A DNA stretch of 32,000 nt from Microcystis aeruginosa NIES-843 (GCF_000010625.1 NC_010296.1:4800001-4832000), one strand, 5' to 3'. Positions 8,443-16,146 are shown, numbered from the stretch's first letter. Numbers and translations: made by a program. Notes: generated by a model from the sequence alone, not told the origin.

Positions 8443-9699
8443 ATGGGGCGATCGCTTAAAGTAAAATCAGAATATATCCCTAGAGTCAAACAAGCAGTTA
8501 AACTCAATGGTTACGCAAGTCAAGAGCTGCTTGCTGAGGATTTAGGATTCGCAAAATCGACTATTAGCCTTTTTCTTAACGGTAAATCGATTAGTAATCT
8601 CAATTTTTTTGAAATTTGTCAAAAATTAGCCCTTGATTATCGAGAAATCACTGACTGGGATGAGTTGGAGGAAACAGCTGCTGCCACGTCTGAGGATGAG
8701 GGAGAAAACCGGGCTGCGGATTTTTCCAAGTATATTGAACGTCCTCCAGTGGAACAGCTTTGTCTGGAGACGGTGAGTCAAGCAGGTTCATTATTGCGGA
8801 TTAAATCAGCCAAGGGGATGGGTAAAACCCTATTAGTCGATAGAATTTTGAGTCAAGTTGACAAAAGAGAGTATAAAACCGTCAGTTTCAGTTTTTTACA
8901 AGCAAGTAAAGGAATTCTCGGCGATTTAGACCGATTGCTCTCTTGGTTTGCTTTGATTATTTCCAAGAAATTAGGATTAGCAGCTCTCTTTCAGGAAAAA
9001 TGGCAAGAAGGATTAGGACTTTATAGCTGTACTGCCTATTTTGAAGACCATTTGCTCAAAAAGCTGGATAAACCCCTAATTTTAGTTTTAGAGGAGATAG
9101 ATAGTCTCTTTGCCTATACCAGCGTTGCCGACGATTTCCTTAGTTTATTTCGTCTTTGGCACGAGGAGGCAAAAAATAATAATACTTGGCAAAAGTTACA
9201 CTTAATTATCACCTATTCCACAGAAAATTATGTTCCTGCTGACCTGAATAAATCTCCTTTCAATGTAGGAACAGAAATCCTGTTACCTGATTTTACTCTA
9301 GAACAGGTCTTGACTCTAGCTAATAAATATCAGGCTAACTTGGGAAAAGATGAACTGCAAAGAATAATTAATCTTGTCGGGGGACATCCCTATTTAATCC
9401 AAAAGGCGATTTATGGGATTAGCCAAAAACAACTGTCTTTAGCAGATTTTTTAGAGACAGCAGCCACGGAAGCGGGGATTTATGGGGATCATTTGCGAGG
9501 ACATTTGCTAAACTTACAAGAACATCCAAACCTAGCAGCAGGAATGAAAAAGGTTGTAGAGTCCTCTTCTCCCGTTGATTTAGGTGCAGCAATTAATTGG
9601 CAACTTCATAGTTTAGGATTAGTAACCTTTGTGCAGAATGCTGTTCAACCCCGTTATCCACTATACAGCGACTATTTTAGGTATCGCCTATCCTCCTAA
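8443..9699 (+). CDS. XRE-type HTH fused to an AAA-like (AAA_35/PF14516-type, STAND-like) NTPase
   Basis: HTH segment: SQELLAEDLGFAKSTISLFLNGK. An acidic linker follows. Other motifs are Walker A SAKGMGKTLL, Walker B LILVLEEIDSLF, SPFNVG, and a GGHPYLIQ helix. The family assignment is from memory of the YI-R...(Q)MGK(S/T) pattern. Confidence 0.75.
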   Translation: MGRSLKVKSEYIPRVKQAVKLNGYASQELLAEDLGFAKSTISLFLNGKSISNLNFFEICQKLALDYREITDWDELEETAAATSEDEGENRAADFSKYIERPPVEQLCLETVSQAGSLLRIKSAKGMGKTLLVDRILSQVDKREYKTVSFSFLQASKGILGDLDRLLSWFALIISKKLGLAALFQEKWQEGLGLYSCTAYFEDHLLKKLDKPLILVLEEIDSLFAYTSVADDFLSLFRLWHEEAKNNNTWQKLHLIITYSTENYVPADLNKSPFNVGTEILLPDFTLEQVLTLANKYQANLGKDELQRIINLVGGHPYLIQKAIYGISQKQLSLADFLETAATEAGIYGDHLRGHLLNLQEHPNLAAGMKKVVESSSPVDLGAAINWQLHSLGLVTFVQNAVQPRYPLYSDYFRYRLSS

Positions 9700-9875
9700 A
9701 ATCCAATATATTGAGTTAAACTGTTGTACATCTAAATCTAATATTCGTTTTCACCTGTTCCCCGTTCCCTCATCGAATCCAGAACTTTAAATGCGGACTA
9801 GCTTAGGCACAGATAACCTTTGATTAAATTATTCATCGAACTTAACCAATCAGACAAATTGCTAATTTTAATGCT

Positions 9876-10997
9876 ATGGCGACCAATTTTTATCATATTG
9901 GAGGCAGCGTCCCCCTAAATGCACCTAGTTATATCAAGCGGGAAGCAGATGATATATTTTATGACTATCTAAAAAATGGACAGTATTGCTATGTGTTAAA
10001 TTCCCGTCAGATGGGAAAATCAAGTTTGTGGGTACAGACACAAAAACGACTGCAAGAGGATAATATTGATTGTGCTACCATTGATTTGAGTGGTATAGGA
10101 AAAAACATCTCCGAAGATATTTGGTATCGAGTATTATTTGAGCAACTGGTTAAACGATTTGATCTTTCTATTCGGGGAAAAGAGCAAACTTGGTGGGATG
10201 AACGAGCCTATAAATCAGCTATTAATCGTCTTGATCAATTTGTTGAGGACATTCTCTTAAAGGAGGTATCCCGACCTATTGTTATCTGTTTTGATGAAAT
10301 TGATAGCGTTCTGAGTTTAAAATTTTCCACAGATGATTTCTTTGCTTGGCTGCGTAGCTGTCATGAAAAACGTCCTCATAATAGGGATTACCAACGTCTA
10401 ACCTTTTGTATGTTGGGGGTAGCGGCAGTTTATAACTTTATTCTAGATAATAATCGTAGTCCTTTTAATATTGGTCAAGATATTCGATTATCTGGATTTA
10501 CTATAAGGGATGCCAGAAAACTTGCCGAGGGATTGCAGGACAAAGTTCCCAATCCACAAGGGGTTTTAGAGGAGGTTATAGACTGGACAGGTGGACAACC
10601 ATTTTTAACTCAAAAAATTTGTCGTTTAATCTCCACATCTCGCCCTGAATTTGGCAAGGAATCCCCAGCAAACCCGATTAATGTCGGCGATTTTATCCAG
10701 TCGCAAGTAATTAGTAACTGGGTATCTCAAGATAGTCCAGAACACCTAAAAACTATTCGGAATCGTTTATTAAATAAGCGTGTCACGGGTAGAAGAATGC
10801 TGAAGCTTTACCTAGAAATTTTAAGAAATGGTGAAATTACCGATGATGGTAGTCTTGATCAAATAGAATTACGCTTAACGGGATTGGTAGTTGAAGACCG
10901 ACAAAAGTTAAAAGTTTATAATAAGATTTATAGAAATGTTTTTAATGAAACTTGGGTGACAACCGATGAACGACCTGGCCACAATTTTTGGAATTGA
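9876..10997 (+). CDS. Stand-alone AAA-like (AAA_35-type, STAND-like) NTPase, a paralogue of the upstream gene
   Basis: Motifs YIKREADD...LNSRQMGKSSL (Walker A), VICFDEIDSV (Walker B), SPFNIG and GGQPFLTQ are present. The C-terminal LRLTGLVVEDRQKLKVYNKIYRNVFNETWV is typical of this family. It aligns motif-for-motif with 8443-9699. Confidence 0.8.
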   Translation: MATNFYHIGGSVPLNAPSYIKREADDIFYDYLKNGQYCYVLNSRQMGKSSLWVQTQKRLQEDNIDCATIDLSGIGKNISEDIWYRVLFEQLVKRFDLSIRGKEQTWWDERAYKSAINRLDQFVEDILLKEVSRPIVICFDEIDSVLSLKFSTDDFFAWLRSCHEKRPHNRDYQRLTFCMLGVAAVYNFILDNNRSPFNIGQDIRLSGFTIRDARKLAEGLQDKVPNPQGVLEEVIDWTGGQPFLTQKICRLISTSRPEFGKESPANPINVGDFIQSQVISNWVSQDSPEHLKTIRNRLLNKRVTGRRMLKLYLEILRNGEITDDGSLDQIELRLTGLVVEDRQKLKVYNKIYRNVFNETWVTTDERPGHNFWN

Positions 10998-11401
10998 CTG
11001 TATTGATTATTGGGGGTTAAAATTTCCAAGAAAAATCCTGTACCACCAGAGAAACTATTCCCTAGTTCTGATGTATTACCAAACATTAAACCGAAACCAA
11101 ACATCCAATAAGCCAAGGCAGAAACACAGAAGACAATTAGGTTTTTAGCTAAGACATTAGTGGCGTTATTAGTACGACAAAAACCCGTTTCCAGCATGGC
11201 AAAACCCGCATTCATAAAGAATACTAACGAGCCGGCTATTAACATCCAGAGATTAGCAACTAAATCCAGAGTAGAATTATTTAAATCTTGTGCTGTGACT
11301 TTGCCTACACCGATCAACAGCATGACAATAAGAGAGAAACAAAAAGATAGGATATTACGCAAACGCGGGCGATATTCTAGAAAAGATAATAATCGATTCA
11401 T
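10928..11401 (-). pseudogene. amt: Ammonium transporter (Amt) gene truncated after about 125 codons; only about 11025-11401 is Amt-like
   Basis: LWMLIAGSLVFFMNAGFAMLETGFCRTNNATNVLAKNLIV...WMFGFGLMFG...GFFL is a typical Amt N-terminus. The remainder of the ORF runs into the 3' end of the opposing NTPase gene and is unrelated sequence. Confidence 0.8.
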
Positions 11402-11453
11402 CGGCTATAACTCTCATGGGCAATTTCCCCTTTATAGTAATTGATTTAATCCC

Positions 11454-12284
11454 CTATCGTTCACTCAAAACTGCTTTTTTTCTGATCCAGATAGCGAGAA
11501 TTGTCAGGAAAAGTAAACCCATCACTCCCGCTAAAGGATTTTTATCGATTCCAGTTAACCAATCGGGAACAGTACCAGTGTATTTAATTAACTGACCCAC
11601 ATTTAATATATAGTATGCCCAGATTAAACCCGCGTGCAGACCGATGCTTTTACCCAAATTACCACCACAGGCGCGTTTTGCCCAACCGAGAATCAATCCT
11701 AGCAAGACTAAGGCAGGAAATTGGGGAAAAGTGCGGATAATTTCGGCTAAAGGTTTAATAAAGTGAGCAAGAGCGAAAATTAAGGCACTAATCACTAGAG
11801 CGATAGCGGGACGATAATCCTTTTCTAATTCTCCCAGTAACCAGCCCCGAAATAGCAATTCTTCGGCGAAACCCACCGCTAAAGCGACTAAAAACCCCTC
11901 CAGGATGATTTTGCCGATTTGGGGATTTGCGGGTAAGAAATTTAACCAACCTAGGAACGCTTGGGACAGAAAAAGCGAGAAAGTGAAAAATAGACCGATC
12001 GCTAACCCGTTAATTAACTCGATCGGCGTTTTTCTTCGCCAAATCAACCCATAATCGGCTAATCCCTCATCGCCATAAATTGTCCGTCCCCACCAATGGG
12101 ATAACCCCAAAAATTCCAGATAGAGAACAGAAAGGGTCAAAATTGAGACAAGATTAGCATTAGTGGCAAAAAAGTGATAGAGGGGAAGTGCGATCGGCAA
12201 CCAGAGAAAAAGTAAGAGCAAAATAAAAATTCCCAGTCGCAGGGGGACTGGGTAAGTGGCAATTACCCGCAATCTTTTATTCAT
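11454..12284 (-). CDS. CPBP-family (CAAX/Abi) intramembrane glutamic endopeptidase
   Basis: It is polytopic and hydrophobic, with motifs FAEELLFRGWL and LIFALAHF. Its ATG overlaps the clpS stop (ATGAATAA). Confidence 0.85.
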   Translation of the reverse strand: MNKRLRVIATYPVPLRLGIFILLLLFLWLPIALPLYHFFATNANLVSILTLSVLYLEFLGLSHWWGRTIYGDEGLADYGLIWRRKTPIELINGLAIGLFFTFSLFLSQAFLGWLNFLPANPQIGKIILEGFLVALAVGFAEELLFRGWLLGELEKDYRPAIALVISALIFALAHFIKPLAEIIRTFPQFPALVLLGLILGWAKRACGGNLGKSIGLHAGLIWAYYILNVGQLIKYTGTVPDWLTGIDKNPLAGVMGLLFLTILAIWIRKKAVLSER

Positions 12285-12564
12285 CGGGTTCGATGCTGCT
12301 GGTTAAACCTTTATTTTTCAAGGTTTCACAGTAAAATTCCGCGTGTTCTTGGATGCAGGTAATCACCAAGGCCGTACCATTAGTGTGCGCTTCCATCATG
12401 ATATCAACTGCTTGGGGTTGCGTCATACCGGCGATCGTTTGCATTAAACTCTGAACCACATACTCCATCGAGTTAAAGTCGTCATTGTGGAGTAAAACGC
12501 GATAACGCGGCGCTGGTTTACGGATTGTCGCTGTGGAACGCTTTTCGATCACTTCTGTGGACAC
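12277..12564 (-). CDS. clpS: ATP-dependent Clp protease adaptor ClpS
   Basis: The sequence RYRVLLHNDDFNSMEYVVQSLMQ...QAVDIMMEAHTNGTALV is canonical ClpS. Confidence 0.92.
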   Translation of the reverse strand: MSTEVIEKRSTATIRKPAPRYRVLLHNDDFNSMEYVVQSLMQTIAGMTQPQAVDIMMEAHTNGTALVITCIQEHAEFYCETLKNKGLTSSIEPDE

Positions 12565-12764
12565 CGTTTCTCTCCTTTGAATCTATATCGCAAATACAGG
12601 TCAATTACTTAATGATCATAATCAAAATTTCCAGATTGAGCTAGGCTTTTTCTGTGATCCGTGAGGGGGTTGGGTGTTGGGGAGTGGGGGACAGCCAAAG
12701 GAATGACATTTCTAGATAGATAGATCATAATTGAATTAATTGGCTAATTTAAGCTTATTTTTCC

Positions 12765-13265
12765 ATGGCTACTGACGAATTACAAAACCTCGAAGACAAT
12801 ATTCAACGCTTAAAACAACAATTAGCGGGAATCCGCGATGCGTGGACAGGTGCGCGTCCAGAAGATAAAGTTCTTTTGCAGCAACGCATAAACGATAAGC
12901 GCATAGAAATTAAAGAATTGGAACGAGAAAAATGGGATTTAATCGCCAGCGAGAGTCAAGAAGCATCTTTTCCTGATGCCGAGGTAATGGTAGCAGAAAT
13001 TGTCACAGAATTGACGGCAATTACCAAAGAACCACCCTCAGAACTTGCTTCTGCACAAATCTTAGAATTATTAAATCAAATTCTGGCTAAACTCAATCAA
13101 CCAGAGCGATCGGCAGCAGCCAAATTAAAAGCGGCCATATCTACTATACCCCCTTTTGTTTCCCTGACCTACGAAGCGGAATTAGATACTGAGTCAACTT
13201 TTAAGCGTTATTTTCCCACATTTAATCGTGCGATCGCAGGAGTGAAAAATCGTCTAAAAAAGTAA
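12765..13265 (+). CDS. Uncharacterised 166-aa coiled-coil/helical protein, candidate N-terminal module of the downstream STAND NTPase
   Basis: The N-terminus is heptad-rich (LQNLEDNIQRLKQQLAGI...RINDKRIEIKELEREKW), followed by an acidic linker and a helical C-terminal half. The ORF ends ...CTA AAA AAG TAA, 23 nt before the NB-ARC ORF. Confidence 0.6.
   Translation: MATDELQNLEDNIQRLKQQLAGIRDAWTGARPEDKVLLQQRINDKRIEIKELEREKWDLIASESQEASFPDAEVMVAEIVTELTAITKEPPSELASAQILELLNQILAKLNQPERSAAAKLKAAISTIPPFVSLTYEAELDTESTFKRYFPTFNRAIAGVKNRLKK
13256..13262 (+). promoter_or_regulatory. Candidate -1 ribosomal frameshift heptamer A_AAA_AAG, or alternatively an A6 indel hot spot
   Basis: The zero-frame codons are cta AAA AAG taa. 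The -1 frame (aaa aaa gta agt att ccc tct atc cct agt aat GTG) has no stop and is the frame of ORF 13289-15442. An SD-like AGGAG lies at 13238-13242. Confidence 0.35.
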
Positions 13266-13288
13266 GTATTCCCTCTATCCCTAGTAAT

Positions 13289-15442
13289 GTGGGCAAAAGT
13301 ACGGTTAATTTTGTCGGGAGGGAAGATGAGTTAACCTTAATTCATCAGAAATTGCAAACAGAACAAGGGGTGATTGTTTGCGCGGTGGAAGGGTTAGGGG
13401 GAATAGGAAAAACCGCTTTAGCTTTGGAATATGCGAAACGATACCAACAGGAATACGCGGCACAATATTGGTTATCCTTGCGACTATCGGGTTTAGCAGA
13501 AGAAATAGTTAAATTAGCCGCTCCCTATCTATCTTTACCAGAAATATTGAAAAAAGAATCTTTAGAAAAACAAGTGTACTGGTATTGGCAAAATTGGCTA
13601 CCTCAGCAGGGAAAATTATTATTAATTCTCGATGATGTCCCCAATATCGACAGAATTCCCGATCGAATGTTACCAAAAGATTCTAGGATTAAGATATTAG
13701 TCACCACTAGGGAAAGGTGTCTTAGTACGGAATTTGAGTCTATAGCTTTAGATGTTTTACCCTTAGATAAATGTGTGGAATTATTAACCAAAATTGTTGG
13801 TACTGCTAAAGTTGAGCAAGAAAAAGCTTTAGTAGAACAGATCTGTCACGAAATTTTAGGACGCTTAACCTTAGCAGTGGAGTTAGTGGGGGAATATTTA
13901 GCGAAAAATCGTCATTTAAAGTTTAGCCATTTACGCGATAAATTAAATTTAGCTCATACTGCTTTAACCAAGGAAAGAAACCACAGAGATTATGGACATT
14001 TAGGGGTAGCAGCCGCAATTAAAATCAGTTGGGATGATTTAAGTTCTGCTGTTCAAAAAGTGGCAATACTGTTGAGTTTATTCGCACCAGTGGCTATTGC
14101 TTGGACGTTGCTAGAAGATACGGCAAAATCCACGGAAATTACCGAAAGCGAACTAGAAGAAGCGCGGGGACAATTGGATAATTCTCATCTGATGCAACCC
14201 GTGGATGAGGACTATTCTTTTTATCGGATTCATCCCCTCGTGAGAGAATTTTTTCAACAGCAATTACAGGAAATTCCTAAGATAAATTCTCTTTATCGAT
14301 GCGCTTTTGTGGAAACTTTGTTAACCATTGCCGAAAATATCCCGCAAACCCCCACAAGGGAGATTATTGCAGCAGTAACTCCCGCAATTCCCCATCTGCA
14401 ACTTGTCAGTCAAACCATGTTAGATGATATTCCCAACCTGGAAGATAATTTAATTCAGGTGTTTCTTGGGGTAGCTTTGTTTTATAAGGGACAGGGAGAA
14501 TATGATTTAGCAGCAGTTCCCTTAACAAAATGTTGTGAAGAAATCCAATCTCGCTTAGGAGAAAACAATCTCTATTTTGCTAGCAGTCTCAATAATTTAG
14601 CACTATTATACAAACCCCAAGGCAGATACGCAGAAGCGGAACCCTTGTATAAGCGCTCCCTTTCTCTGATAAAACAGCTATTAGGAGAAAACCATCCTAG
14701 TGTTGCTACCAGTGTCAATAATTTAGCACTCTTATATCAATGCCAAGGCAGATACACAGAAGCAGAATCGTTGTATAAGCACTCCCTTTCTCTAAGGGAA
14801 CAACTATTAGGAGAAAACCATCTCGATGTTGCACAAAGTCTCAATAATTTAGTAGTGCTATACGAATACCAAGGCAGATACGCAGAAGCGGAACCCTTAT
14901 GTAAGAGATGCCTTTCTCTGATAGAACAGCTATTAGGAGAAAACAATCTCTATTTTGCTACCATTCTCAATAATTTAGCGGAATTATACCGCTTCCAAGG
15001 CAGATACGCAGAAGCGGAACCCTTGTCTAAGAGATGCCTTTCTCTGAAAGAACAGCTATTAGGAGAAAACCATCCCGATGTTGCACAAAGTCTCAATAAT
15101 TTAGCTTTTTTGTACCAATGCCAAGGCAAATACGCAGAAGCGGAACTGTTGTATAAGCGCTCCCTTTCTCTGCGGGAACAGCGATTAGGAGAAAACCATC
15201 CTAGTGTTGCTAAAAGTCTCAATAATTTAGCGGTATTATACGAATCCCAAGGCAGATACGCAGAAGCGGAACCGTTGTATGTGAGAGCTATTGCTATTTA
15301 TCAAGAAAGATTAGGAGAAAATCATCCCCATACCCAAAAAGTAAGGCAAAATTTTATGATTCTGTTGTCGCGATTATCCGATGAAGAATTACAGCAAAGA
15401 TTCCCCGATGAGATAGTTAATCTCTTAAAAAGTATCAGGTAG
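13289..15442 (+). CDS. NB-ARC (STAND, NLR-like) NTPase with C-terminal TPR array and no N-terminal effector domain
   Basis: It has a GTG start, with the P-loop beginning at about residue 33 (GLGGIGKTALA). Other motifs are Walker B LLLILDDV, KILVTTRE, a degenerate GLPL (LGRLTLAV), and IHPLV at the MHD position. Seven 42-aa kinesin-light-chain-type TPR units follow. Confidence 0.9.
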   Translation: MGKSTVNFVGREDELTLIHQKLQTEQGVIVCAVEGLGGIGKTALALEYAKRYQQEYAAQYWLSLRLSGLAEEIVKLAAPYLSLPEILKKESLEKQVYWYWQNWLPQQGKLLLILDDVPNIDRIPDRMLPKDSRIKILVTTRERCLSTEFESIALDVLPLDKCVELLTKIVGTAKVEQEKALVEQICHEILGRLTLAVELVGEYLAKNRHLKFSHLRDKLNLAHTALTKERNHRDYGHLGVAAAIKISWDDLSSAVQKVAILLSLFAPVAIAWTLLEDTAKSTEITESELEEARGQLDNSHLMQPVDEDYSFYRIHPLVREFFQQQLQEIPKINSLYRCAFVETLLTIAENIPQTPTREIIAAVTPAIPHLQLVSQTMLDDIPNLEDNLIQVFLGVALFYKGQGEYDLAAVPLTKCCEEIQSRLGENNLYFASSLNNLALLYKPQGRYAEAEPLYKRSLSLIKQLLGENHPSVATSVNNLALLYQCQGRYTEAESLYKHSLSLREQLLGENHLDVAQSLNNLVVLYEYQGRYAEAEPLCKRCLSLIEQLLGENNLYFATILNNLAELYRFQGRYAEAEPLSKRCLSLKEQLLGENHPDVAQSLNNLAFLYQCQGKYAEAELLYKRSLSLREQRLGENHPSVAKSLNNLAVLYESQGRYAEAEPLYVRAIAIYQERLGENHPHTQKVRQNFMILLSRLSDEELQQRFPDEIVNLLKSIR
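14591..15346 (+). repeat. Six tandem 126-bp units encoding near-identical 42-aa TPR repeats, with a degenerate seventh at 14465-14590
   Basis: AATAATTTAG recurs exactly every 126 nt (14591, 14717, 14843, 14969, 15095, 15221). Long identical nucleotide blocks such as GGCAGATACGCAGAAGCGGAACCC recur. Confidence 0.92.
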
Positions 15443-15756
15443 GTAAAAAAATATATATCTCCTTCCCCGGTTTTACTGGGGAGCGCTCAGTTTCCGGGAG
15501 ATCCTAACCAAGCTTCTCAATCTTCTAGTTCAAAAAAATCGAATAAAGCTGCTGCCTTCCTTTAAATACGCGCAAAAAAGTCCCGTACAACTGGCAAAAT
15601 TTTGTCTTTGCTCTGTATCTTTTATTTGCTTGACTTTTTGAGCAACTTGTGCTAATAAATCTGGGAGCGAGTCTAAAAATAGGGTGTAGGCAACGGTATG
15701 CGATCGCCAATACCGCATCAGATTATACTTCATATTTATGAGAAAAGCAGTATGAA

Positions 15757-15816
15757 GACAGGCACTGATGCAAAAGGGAGAATAAATAATCAGTTTTTAA
15801 TAACCGGATTTAGTAT
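15757..15816. mobile_element. Partial copy (right half) of the ATACTAAATCC/GGATTTAGTAT MITE family
   Basis: GACAGGCACTGATGCAAAAGGGAGAATAAATAATCAGTTTTTAATAACCGGATTTAGTAT aligns with 21208-21273 and with the reverse complement of 1251-1300. Confidence 0.55.
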
Positions 15817-15835
15817 GACCCTAGCAGCCTAAAAA

Positions 15836-15871
15836 TAGCAAAAAACCCGGTGGGAAAATCTCCCCACCGGG
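15836..15871 (-). terminator. Rho-independent terminator downstream of rpmE
   Basis: A 9-bp GC-rich stem CCCGGTGGG (15846-15854) pairs with CCCACCGGG (15863-15871) around an 8-nt loop. On the minus strand it is followed by TTTTTGCTATTTTT. Confidence 0.65.
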
Positions 15872-15893
15872 TCAAAAAGGCAAAAGTAAAGAA

Positions 15894-16127
15894 TTATTTC
15901 TGATCGGCCTTTTTGCTTGACTTATCGCCCATTTTGTACTTACGCAAGAAGCGATCGACCCGGCCCTCCGTATCGATCATCTTCTGGGTTCCCGTATAAA
16001 AAGGATGATTACCCGACCAAACCTCCACATGAATTTCTGGTTTTGTCGAACCCACCGTCATCACCAGTTCACCATTACAGATCACCTTAGCTTCCGGATA
16101 CCAAGTAGGATGAATTTTTTTCGGCAT
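15894..16127 (-). CDS. rpmE: 50S ribosomal protein L31
   Basis: The sequence MPKKIHPTWYPEAKVICNGE...HPFYTG is canonical L31. Confidence 0.95.
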   Translation of the reverse strand: MPKKIHPTWYPEAKVICNGELVMTVGSTKPEIHVEVWSGNHPFYTGTQKMIDTEGRVDRFLRKYKMGDKSSKKADQK

Positions 16128-16146
16128 AATAAACCTCTCTATTAAC

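Noticed and set aside
10966-11444. Plus-strand ORFs 10966-11148 and 11160-11444.
   Set aside because: They are antisense to the recognisable Amt N-terminal coding sequence and their translations are low in information.
13140-13340. Paired short amyloid-signalling motifs (BASS/fungal-NLR style) shared between the C-terminus of the 166-aa ORF and the N-terminus of the NB-ARC protein.
   Set aside because: I see no matching 20-25 aa motif. The NB-ARC ORF begins essentially at the FVGRE...P-loop region, leaving no room for such a motif unless the frameshift linker is counted, and the linker does not resemble the upstream C-terminus.
14737-15222. Two minus-strand ORFs (14737-14946 and 14950-15222) with repetitive protein sequence.
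   Set aside because: They are antisense to the TPR array. Their internal repetition simply mirrors the 126-bp coding repeats on the plus strand.
15525-15733. Two overlapping minus-strand ORFs of 61 and 67 aa between the NB-ARC gene and rpmE.
   Set aside because: I recognise no family and there is no clear RBS. They are adjacent to a MITE fragment. A real small protein cannot be excluded, but the evidence is insufficient to call one.
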